From Eledone cirrhosa (lineage: Eukaryota), in NCBI GenBank assembly GCA_964016885.1, contig OZ024740.1:416950001-417014000 (forward strand): a stretch of DNA of 64,000 nucleotides, given 5' to 3'. Below, one piece after another: positions 26,501 to 38,600 of this stretch. Numbering within the stretch: position 1 is the first letter of the stretch; each line of letters starts with the position of its first letter. The position numbers and the translations under genes are program-made. The notes beneath the pieces were generated by a model. It had not been told where the DNA came from. It worked only from the letters and a program-made list of their open reading frames with translations, and searched no databases.

Positions 26501-29500
26501 AACTGGCAGGAGACCCAGAGGTAAACCATGAGCAAGATGGTTGGATAACATCCTCGTGCTCAGGTGGTTTGGCTTGGGGATCCAGCTGTATCATTTGGAG
26601 ATGGTTGCTTCTGACATGACTCTCAGGTACGTGTGTCTGAGGACTCTTCCCCAGCAGCCCTCCCAGGAATAAGAGGGCCAGAAGAATAAGGGGGAGGTGG
26701 GAATGATTTGAGGAAAGTTTTACTGCTATTTCTAACATACTGAACCATAATTTAAAGCAGCAGTTCCCAAACTTTTTTTTTTTTACTCATGGCACTCTTT
26801 AAAACAAGTAATAATATTTTGGCTCACATAGCATCTAAATTTGGAAATCCATTCAAAAGAGGCATTTATATATATTAGCATAACATGAAGTAGAAATATG
26901 GTAAGGTCCATGGCACAAAAAAGTTGGGGACTGCTGGCTTATAGTACATAAATGAAAGACAGAAAACACATTTAAATTTGAGAATAATGTGAAATTATAC
27001 TTAACTGTTGGTTTCTTTAATTCACAATCACAGTGGCATTTAGTTTTGACATATATAATCATTTGGGGTTTCTTGATGCCTTTAACAAAAACTTTGATCC
27101 TAGAAAAAAATATAATTTGAGAATTATAATTATAATACAGAAGGAAAATGTTTCTTTTTAAAAAGATAAGTCATATCAGTCATATATCTTTTCCTTCTCT
27201 ACTCACTTATTCCTGAGAGGGTTGTGAGGTCAGAGTCCTCAAACACTCCTTGCAGTTGGCCCTGTCAGAAGCAACTCTCTTCAACTGATCTGGCTGGATC
27301 TCCAAGCGAGAGCAGCCAAGCTCATATATGTTATCCAACCATCTTGCTCGGGGTCTACTCCTGGGTCTCCTGCCGGTTGATTTTGCCCATAAAACCTGTC
27401 CAGTGATTCTTTCCTGAGACAGTCTAACCCCATGTCCGTAATATCAGAGCTGTGATCTCTCAATTTGGAGAAGTGGCTTTACCTGGAGTGTTTGACAAAG
27501 TGAGTGACCAGTAAACTACTGAACTAAATGTTGAGTTTAAAAAGAAATATTAAATAATAAAACTATCATAAAAATGAAAACATTTGGCAAACTTACAATT
27601 TTTTCTTGGTGAAACACAATTCTGTGCTGATTATGAATGAGAATGTTACCTGAAATGAGAAAAATTATGGATGGCAGTAATTCTTCAAACACCGAACCTG
27701 ACCAAGATAGTCTCATGGAAAGACCAAATGAGATTTATTTTTCAACATAGTCCCTAACTATGAAGGAGCGATGCTAGAGCTGTGGAATCTTGCATGCATT
27801 AATTTCAACTCTTCTTATTAATAAATAGATTGTTTCTTTCTAGGGACTATTTATTAATAAGAAGAGTTGAAATGAATGCATGCAAGATTACACAGCTCTA
27901 GCATCGCTCCTTCATAGTCAGGGATTATGTTGAAAAATAAATCTCATTTGGTCTTTCTATGAGAGTATCTTGGTCAGGTTATGAACTTCTCAGCTGACCT
28001 CTATATCTTTCAATCTCTCTCCATAATAGTCCTCATCTTTAAATTAAATCTCCTTCAACACTAAACATCAACCTTGAGGAAATACTCCAAAAGGGAGCTC
28101 TAATGAAACTAAACAGATAGGGATGCAGTTCTAATGACTTCAAGGTCTGTAAACAAATAAAACAAAGGATCCTTATTTATTCTCTTCACAATCTCTATTT
28201 TCACATTGAGATTCAGTGAGTGAATTTTCATCCAAAGTTTAACCCTTTAGCATTTAAACCGGCCGTATCTGGCCAGAATTCTCTCACCTCTTTCTGTTCA
28301 AACTGGCCCCAACTGACCCCTCAGACCAACTTTAAGGTGTTGTTCTTAAAATAAATAATATCAAAATACCATATATTCAATAGTATGTAAGATATTATGT
28401 AAGATAAAGCCTTTACTGTGAAAATATAATAGTTTATATAGAGTAATGTAAATGCTAAAGGGTTAAACATTTCAAAGGATTTCACTTACTCCTAGCCCAT
28501 CATGGATGCCATAACAAGAGGATGTTTCTATTTGTGATTGATACCTAGAAAATGAGAAAAACTCCATTAATGATAAATATTATTTTCATGCTCAGAATTG
28601 AAATAGAAACTGAAGCTTCACCGTAACATTCACTAAATAATTGTTTCTACTTTAGGCACAAGGCCATCAATTATTCCAGTGCATTACTGGTACTTGTGAA
28701 GGTGCATGGCTTAGTGGTTAGAGCATTGGGCTTGCAATCAAAAGGTTGTAAGTTCTTGGACTGGGTGATGTGTTGTTTCCTTGAGCAAGACACTTTATTT
28801 CACGTTGCTCAGCTGTAGAAATGAGATAATAGGGACTGGGGTCCCTATCATTAAATTACCCAAGACACCTCCAACGAGAGGCCAGCTAAACCTGCATAGG
28901 TGTGAGCTGTCACACACGTGCATTACTGGTACTTTATTATATAAACTCCATAAGGATGAAAGGCAAAGCTAACCTCGGTGGGATTTTAACTCAGATCGTA
29001 AAGGGCCGTAACTCTATGCTGCAAAGCATGGCGTCCAACCATATACCGATACTGCCAATCCACGACCTTGCCAATTGGTTTATGATTTAGGCAGAAGGTC
29101 AACAATTTTGAAGGAGGGGAAAGTCGACTAAATCGACCCCTGGGACATATAAACCCACTGAACGCCCCATTATTAGACTATATTATTTAGTCAATGTTAC
29201 AGTGAAGCTTCTATTTCTATTTCCTCACTCACCACATTCCAAACATACTTCTTTTATTTTCATACTGTTTTACATCCAATTTTCCATTATAATATTGGCA
29301 GGAAAGGTTACAACAGAGTTCTTTTGTTGGAACTACTGATAGAAGAGCAGAACTTCTTTGTCAACCAGACTAATTGAGTTAAGTAGAATTATTGTTTTAC
29401 AAAATTTTGGTTATAAGTTGTCAAATTACTGCTCATGGTGATATGGTTAGTAGTCCAATATATTTATTTCATAGTCATTATACTTTATATTCATCATCAT

Positions 29501-32500
29501 TGTCATTTTTACATCCATGTTTACATGCTGTTGGATGTGTTGGATATATTGTTTGGAGACAATGTTTTACAGTCAGATGCCCTTCCTGATGTCAGGCCTT
29601 TAGTTGCCTCATACATGCAAGGATATGATGTACATATTCTAAAAAACAGCATATTCAAATTTTTATAATAAACTTTGTGATTTATTTTATTTTAGCAAAT
29701 GTGTAAACATGAAATATACAGGAAATTTGATTTGAAAATCATTTCAAATGACAAAACAAAAAAGCAGTATAATAAAATAGATTGTACTTACTTCTTATTG
29801 CAGTCACTTTTCATTATTACTTTCAGAGGTTTTGGAGCATTAGCAAGCAAGGAGATATCCTTTGTAAAGGAATAAAACAAGATACATTTTCTACTAAATT
29901 TTGATTTCAAAAGTTATTGTTAAAAAGAGGTTTTCAAATTCAACAAAATATTAAGATGTTTTGAGAACTGTTCAAATATATAACTGTATTTGATGACTGT
30001 TAAAATATATAACTGTATTTGAATACTGTTAAAATATATAACTGTATTTGATAACTGTTAAAATATATAACTGTATTTGATGACTGTTAAAATATATAAC
30101 TGTATTTGATAACTTAAAATATATAACTGTATTTAGTAACTGTTAAAATATATAACTGTATTTGATAACTGTTAAAATATATAACTGTATTTGATAACTG
30201 TTAAAATATATAACTGTATTTGATAACTGTTAAAATATATAACTGTATTTGATAACTTAAAATATATAAATGTATTTAGTAACTGTTAAAATATATAACT
30301 GTATTTGATTACTGTTAAAATATATAACTGTATTTGATAACTGTTAAAATATATAACTGTATTTGATAACTGTTAAAATATATAACTGTATTTGATAACT
30401 GTTAAAATATATAATTGTGAATTTATAGAATTTTATTTACAGTTTTATAAATAACATTACAAATTGTTTATAATTCTAACAGAATGAAAATATAAAGTAT
30501 AAACACAAATAATTGTTTCTACTTTAGGCACAAGGCCAGCAATTACCCAGTGCATTACTGGTACTTTATTTTATCGACCCCGTAAGGATGAAAGGCAAAG
30601 TCAACCTCGGCGGGATTTGAACTCAGATCGTAAAGGGACGTAACTATGCTGGAAAGCATGGCATCCGAACCTCTACCGATACTGCCAATCCACCCGTATA
30701 AACACAAATAATGGTTTCTGATTCAGGCACAAGGTCATCAATTTTGGCGGGAGGGGAAGTCGATTAAATCGACCCTAGTGCATGACTGGTACTTTATTTT
30801 ATCAACCTTGTAAGGATGAAAGGCAAAGCTACCCTCACCAAGATTTGAACTCATAACAAAGTGCCATAACTATGCCGCAAAGCATGTTATCCAATGCTCT
30901 ACCGATACTGTCAATCCACCGAAAATAAACACAAATAATAAATACAATTAATTATTGCTAGGAACCTCACAAATATAATGCACAAAAATATAACGCACAA
31001 ATATAATGCACAAAAATATAACGCACAAATATAACGCACAAAAATATACGATCAAAACGAGAGAAAGAAAAACAAACAAAAACAGCCATCAATTCACCAC
31101 CAAGTGTGACAATCGGCCACGCATCACAAGGGTCAATGGAAATTTTTGAAGCAATGAATATATTATTTTAACCCTTTAGCATTTACATTACTCTATATTT
31201 ACTATTGTTTTTTCGTGGTAAAGGCTTTATCTCACAAAATATCTCACATATTATCGAATATATGAGATTTTTATATTATTTATTTTGAGAAAACTACATT
31301 AACATCACTATGAGTGGCCAGTTACTACCAGTTTGAACAGAAAGAGGTGAGATAATTCTGACTGGATATGGCCAGTTTAAATGCTAAAGGGTTAAAGTAA
31401 ATAAAATAAATACTGGGGTCAATTTAATCGACCCTACTCTCAATATAAATATGTGGTCTTGTGCTAAAGTCAGAAAACATTATTTTAAAATAGAAATACA
31501 TGTTATAATAGAACCATATATATAGAACTTATATATAAGTTACAATTGCAATATCCATTATCAAAGATTTACTGCACTAATTCTTAACATCCTGTACCCA
31601 GGGCTGGATTTAAAAGGGGGCAAAGGGAGCAGTTGACCTGGGGCCCTTGTGGTAAGGGGCACAAGCGATGGCCATAGCAATTTATTTGTGCCCTCAGCTG
31701 GACTTTTTAGTTTTATGATGGTTAGATTTTTTTAATTTAATACCTGTATGTATAACTTTTTAATTCCAATTACTTACGCCAAGCTAACTTTGATATGTAA
31801 AATTAGAGGTTTGTTGTGCATGTTACTTTTTTTCTGTATGAAATCCCCCCCCACCCCCCCCCCCACCCCAAAAAAAAACATGAAACACCCTGCGCCCTTC
31901 AATGTCTAAATCTGGCTCTTCCTGTACCACATGAAACCGCATTAGCAAGACATTCTTTAAAAAGTACAAAACAGCCTTTTGAATAAATCTTTACATTAGT
32001 TTAGAGCAAATTTTCACCAACATCTTTCCACTAATAATTGTTTTTACTTTTGGCACAAGGCCAGCATTTGCTAGTGTATTACTGGTACTTTATTTTATCG
32101 ATCCTGTAAGGAGGAAAGGCAAAGTTAACCTCGGCGGGATTTGAACACAGAATGGCAAGGGCCATAACTCTAAGTGTCAAAGCATGGCATCCAACCCTCT
32201 ACCTATACTGCCAATAATGATACTATAAACATTGAATTAACAAATACATTTTAAAATATTTTCTGATTAATCATTTCGAGTTATTAAGAGTTAATGAGAA
32301 GACTAGCAAAAGTGGTGTATGTTATTGTTGTTGTTGTTGTTTAGCCTCAGGTCAACATGGGTAAACTTATGATGAAAAGTGTTCCAGTTGTGACCATCCC
32401 AATTTCACTGACTATGTTATTTGATCTTTCCTTTTCTTTGTTTCATTTAAGATATCCAATAAAGTGTTGCATTACATCTCTTCGTGCCAAAAAGGTAAAA

Positions 32501-35500
32501 CTTAGCCGTATGATAAACTGAGATTGATAAAATAAATATTAGGGTTGAGATAATCAATTAAAACCCATGAAGGTGTTGCTCCAGCATAGCCACAGTCAAA
32601 GATTATTAACCATCTTTCCAACAACAACCCTGAGCATCTTTTTGAATTCCATATGCCAAACACCCGTGGACATGCCTTCAAAGTCAGGAAATAGCACAAC
32701 TTCCATGACTTTCAGAAATATTTTTTCACTCTCAGAGTTGCTGGAGCATGGAACAAACTACCTGCATCAGTTGTTAACTGTTGAAACACTGCATCCTTCA
32801 AAACTTCCATGCTTCCCGAAATTTGCCAACATTACATTTGATATTCCCCACGCATGTGTTTGTGTGTCTGTGTGTGTATTATTGATTCATACACTGTTCA
32901 CTTTCCTGATATTTGTACATTATTTTATGTACTATACATGCACTTTGATGAGTTGTAGTGCACCTGAGTACTGTACACAATAATTTTCATTATTAAATCA
33001 TTAAAACCAGTAAAACAATACAACAATAAAGGAATATTAGTGAAAACAGTTTTTACTTACAGCTCCTAAATGGTTGTTGGTATCTTTTGGGATTAAAAAT
33101 CCTTTTACAGGCAAAACATAACCAGTGTCTAGAAAATATGTTAATATAACTGTTAAATAGACAGACAGGTAGATATAGATAGATAGATGTCTTGCATGAA
33201 AAACAGATTAAAAAATTTTGTGTCTAAATTAGGAAGAATTATGAACCTGTTCTTATATTGTTCATTTCAAATTGATGAAAGGCAGGGGCAGGTTTTAAAC
33301 TCAGACATTCAACCAAATACAACTGTAAAGTAATTATTCTATTTCTTTACCTCATTTTAATTATCATAATGAAAAAAAAAGAGAGAAACTTACTGGGTAC
33401 AAGTTGCAGAAAAACTCTTTGAGGTTTCAGAATTCTTTTCTTTGAAATTCTTCTATTCTGCAAAATAAAGAACAAAAAAATCTCTAACAAAAAGAAACTA
33501 TAAATTTCTCTTTTTTTTTTATTTTTAATAAGTTAGTGAAGAAAAGAGAGCCATGCTCTTGAACTTTCCAAATTTTCCTTAATGGTGGGATTTCCTTAGA
33601 GGCTGATGTTTGCAGAGGGAAAATTGTCTAAAAGTCTAAAATCTGCCTCAGGCTTGGAGGTTCACCAGGCCGGTGCTTATCCTGGTTTCTGTAGCATGAA
33701 GTGACTGAGAGTACAAGACTCCCCGCTAGACAGAACACCAGTCCATTGCAAGGTTAAACCCCCAGCCACTTCTGGTACTCATTTTCAGCTGAGTATACTG
33801 GAGCAACATGTGATGCAGTGTTTTGCTCAAGAACACAACACACAACCTAGTCCAGGAATCAAACGCATGACATTATGATTGTAAGTCCAACACCCTTACC
33901 AGTAGGCCATGTGTCTCCACTATGAAAATCTAGAGGCAAGAAGAAATTTCAGAGCGTTGTAGTTCTGGAGTGCAAGAACTGGGGAAAATGTTTTGTGCAG
34001 ATTCTGGAGACCAGTAAAGAGGAAGAGAAATGGAGAGAGAGGGTGGGCCTGGGTGGAGAGGATATATAGAACCAGTTAATGGGGGGGGGGGTAGAAGCAT
34101 TTTTTACTAGCTTAACCAGAAGGGCCATCTCTGAGACTGGTGGGAGGGATAGGAGTGGAGTTATCTTCAGTCCTAACCCAAATGCTTGCAAGTGAGTGGA
34201 CTCTACTAAAAGCACCCAAAGGCTAGGTGGTGGTTGGATTTCTTGTTGGTAGGATTCAAGCAACATATTAAGTCTACCATCTTGCAACTGTATTTTCCCT
34301 CTGACAGGATTCTACTATGTTTCTCCTCCATTAACCAAATTTGCTTGATTGACCTGTGGCTATAGTAGAAGACACTAACCCAAAGTTTCCCAACCTGGGT
34401 AATATTGCCTACCAGTGGATGATTCAACTGTTGGGTGGGTGATAAGCAGCTGGACATAAAATGGTGGGCAGTTGAAAATTTTGGTGGACAATATAGAATT
34501 TTGAGTATTAAGAAAAAATATTCAAAGGAGATATGCAAAGAACCTGTATAAAACAAAACAGGAGGCTAAATAGGAATAACAAACCGGTAACAAACTTTTA
34601 CTAAACATATTTGGTATGCTTTTGAATATTACTATATAGATGAAAGGTTGTCAATGTGAAAGTGAGCGATGACATAAAAATGGTTGGGAAGCCCTGTACT
34701 AACCCAAAGTGCCAGGTAGTGAGGTTGGACCCAAAACAACTTAACTGCAAATCAAATGTCTTAAACACACAATCATTGTAAAGATAAAATGATTGTTGCA
34801 TGTTGGTGAAAGAATCAATGTAAATCAGTTAAACAACATTTAATATAAAATACAGTGCAGTATATTTGTGGTCTTACTTGAGCTTTGTAGTCTTCAACTG
34901 TTCATGGTTTATTTTCTGGCCTTAGACTTTGTAACCTAATCTTTGTGGTGAAATTTTGACAATATTACAAATGTAGGACCACCATTAGAGATCATCATAG
35001 ATTTTGATAACTAGATTTTGTGACACCTTTGATGTTTTATTTAAGAGTGTGCAGATGTGTAATAGATTTCACTGGTTGGCACTGGATGGTCTTTGTGGTG
35101 TCCCAGTGTCTCAGTGTCTGTTTGGTATGTCACTCAGTGAACTAATGATGCGTAATATATGCTCATTCAAGCTGAGCACCTAGCTTCTCTCAGTTAGAAG
35201 ACTGACCTGCCAACATGTGGTGAAAAGCCACATGCTACATGAAGTACCTCTGCTATCATAGGAAAATCTAGTAGAACAGGTCAGATCTAAAAGAGTAAAC
35301 CTCAATAAAAAATCCTGTTTGTCTGATATTTATGTATTTAGATAGAAATATTTGGCCTGATAATTAGCTTTATGTAGAATCTCTTTCACTCACCTTCCGT
35401 AAATGAGCTTCATTCACAGACTGGTAAATTGAACTTTCAGAACAGCCTTCTCTAAGTAGAGTTCCTTTCGTTTCACATCTTGAGCTACCATGGAAATCCT

Positions 35501-35569
35501 TGAATTTGAATAATAAAATGATTAAGTATGGACAATGGCAGAATGATATGCAGCCTAGAATGGAAATGT

Positions 35570-35616
<47 letters not shown>

Positions 35617-38600
35617 GTGTGTGCAAGCAAGATGTAAGCTTCAATATGGGAAGGCAGGTCTTCTGCATTACTGCATATGCAAAAAGTAAACAGAAATAAT
35701 AAAGTAAACGACACAGTACAATGAAGAAATATATTAGTTTAACACTTGATAAAGTAAGAAAAGAGTCTTAAAGTTTCAGAAACTAGCCTTTCATCAGAAT
35801 ATAGAATGAGAAATAAAATATAAAACAGAAAGATAGGAAGTGAGAAGCGGATGGAATGGAAAACATTTGTGCATTCAGTCAGCAATTTTGAAGGAAAAAC
35901 TATATTCCTTTTCATTCTTCTGTTTTCTAACGCAAACAAATGATGAAACACCCTTAGCTTTTATGATTTCAAATACCTTTTAATGGAATATTTTACAAAA
36001 AAAGCACCCAGTCCACTCTGTAAAGTGGTCGTGTAGGCACCACAGTAAAAAGCACCCAGTTCTCACTGTAAATGAGGTTGGTGTTAGGAAGGTCATCCAA
36101 CTGTAGACATCAAGCCAGAATCAGTTCTGTATGAACAAGACATGGTCACCTGACCTGGCATTGCCCACAACAGAACAACCCGTCTAACCCATGCTAGCAT
36201 GGAAGAATGGACATAAAACGATGATGATGATGATGACTAGCATAACAGTTTTTTTTTAAATCCTTTAAGTTAATTAAAAAAATCATTAATATCTTAAAAG
36301 AGTTTACAATATTATTTAATGAATGGGGGCTGCTACCATGTTGAATAAGTCCCAGTTATACACAAACAGTGAGGATTATAGGATATTTACTAGAATAAAT
36401 GTGTTAGTGGTGTTCTCTGTAGAAACTTGAATAAAGAAAATATATCTTAGTGTAAAGAAAGGAAGTGAAGTTTAGAATTGAAATAGAAATAGGGGCTTTG
36501 CCATAATAGTTTTTACTATAATATAGTCTAATAATGGGGTGTATAAATATACTGAACAGAAAAAGATGGGTATCAGCACAGATGGGAGTCGAACCCACAC
36601 CTCTTGTTTTCCAGATGAATGTGCTAACATTAATTTTACTTCATTCGGAGAGTAAAACTATGGAGGAAAGTAGATTCTCTGAGAGTCTAGTACATATTTT
36701 TATTTCTTATAACTATTTCATGCTGTACCACACATTGGACCATCGTTGGATGATTTCAGTAGCATATCAGTTCTTCTGAGAGAAGAAATTGCTAGCTCCT
36801 CACTCTACCATCCTCTATTTCTGGAGAGAGGGAGACACTGAGTTGTCTCCCATGTCACCTTCTTAAGATGCAGCATAGTTGATTCTGAGAGGGGGGGGAG
36901 AAAGAGAGAAAGATAGGGAGAGAGAAGAAGAAACACTGGTAACTTGACTGACATTATATTTATCCCCCCCCCCCCCCACTTCACCCCCCAAATGGACGAA
37001 AGACAATGTTGACCTTGGCAAGATTTTTAATCTGAGGACCTTGCGATTTTCAGAGTCAGGTTCGATCATCACATCGATCGTGCCTCGAGCTGGTCGCCAG
37101 AGAAACGATTGTAATATGTCCAATAAATTCCATTCGTCACAACACTGATTCTCTTTTTTTCTGTGATATCATACTCTGCTCTATGAGAGCATCGAGTGCT
37201 CATATGGTCTACCGCATACGGACGCTTTAAGCATCCTACACCAATTATATATATATATATTTTTAAAAAAATAACTTACTAGAGGCGACAGATGAGGTCT
37301 GTGGCTGGAGTAAGACCACAAGCAGGAGGAGAGTGACTTGGTGGTGGAACAATAAGGTAGATGAGGCAGTTAAGGCCAAGAGACAGGCAAGGAAAGAATG
37401 GAAGAATGGGGGGAGCAGGGTACATTACATAGAGACCAAGAGGGAAGCTAGGCGACAAGTATACTTAGCTAGGAGGGAAGCAGAGGATAGAAAATTCAAG
37501 CATGTTTTGCAACTTGAGGACCAGAAACAGGAGGTGTTCAAGATTGCGAGGCAGTGTGTCAGAGAGAATTGTGATGTCATTGGAGAGAAGTGTATCTGGA
37601 ATGATAAAGGTGAGCTTGCCCTCACAAGTGCTGAGAAGAAAGATGCATGGAAGAGTCATTATGATAGATTACTAAATGAGGAGAATGCATGGGAAGAAGA
37701 GACCCTACCCCAAGTAGACCCTATAGAGGGGCCAGCAGTACAAGTCAGCAGCAGCGTAGTAAGTAAGGCAATCAAAGATATGAAGATGGGGAAGGCAACC
37801 GGTCCATCGGGTATAGCTGCCAAGCTGCTGAAGGCATCTGGGTCTGTAGGTCACACTATAACCACACGTATTGTTAACCAGGTAATACTAGAAGGTGTCA
37901 TACCAAAAGATTGGTGCAGTAGCATTATTGTCAACTGCTACAAAGGTAAAGGTGATGCACTCGATAGAGGAAACTATAGAGGTATAAAGCTGATGGACCA
38001 GGTCATGAAAGTAACAGAAAGAGTTATAGCACAGTTGATTAGGGACCGGGTGAAACTAGATGAGATGCAATTTGGGTTTGTACCAGGAAGAGGCACCACA
38101 GATGCCTTCTTCCTTGTGAGGCAGTTACAGGAAAAGTACCTAGCTAAAAGTAAGCCACTCTACCTGGCATTTGTCGACCTTGAGAAAGCCTTTGACAGAG
38201 TTCCACGTGCTGTAATCTGGTGGGCTCTTAGAAAACTAGGAGTAGATGGCTTGTGAAAGCTGTACAAGCCATGTATAGGGGAGCAGTCAGCAAAGTTAGG
38301 ATTAGCAATGAGTATAGCGAGGAATTTAGCATACAGGTTGGGGTCCACCAGGGCTCTGTTCTTAGCCCTCTCCTGTTCATCATAGTCCTGCAGGCAATAA
38401 CGGAGGAGTTTAAGACCGGATGCCCATGGGAACTCCTGTATGCTGATGACCTCGCACTCATAGCTGAATCTATGGTAGAACTAGAGAAGAAATTCCAAAC
38501 TTGGAAGCAGGGACTAGAAAGATAGAAAACAGAACCCAGATCCCCTCAGGGAAATGGCCTTGCTCAGCATGTAGGAAAGGTGTAGGTAGGAACTCCATTC

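Noticed and set aside
29860-33060. Possible hidden beta-I domain exons (donor-like sites near 31778 and 31994)
   Set aside because: Translations upstream of these sites gave stops or no VWA/DxSxS-like sequence, and one lies inside the hAT MITE.
36570-36650. tRNA-like sequence on the minus strand (GGTTCGACTCCC T-loop)
   Set aside because: D arm and acceptor stem are degenerate; most likely a decayed SINE head rather than a tRNA gene.
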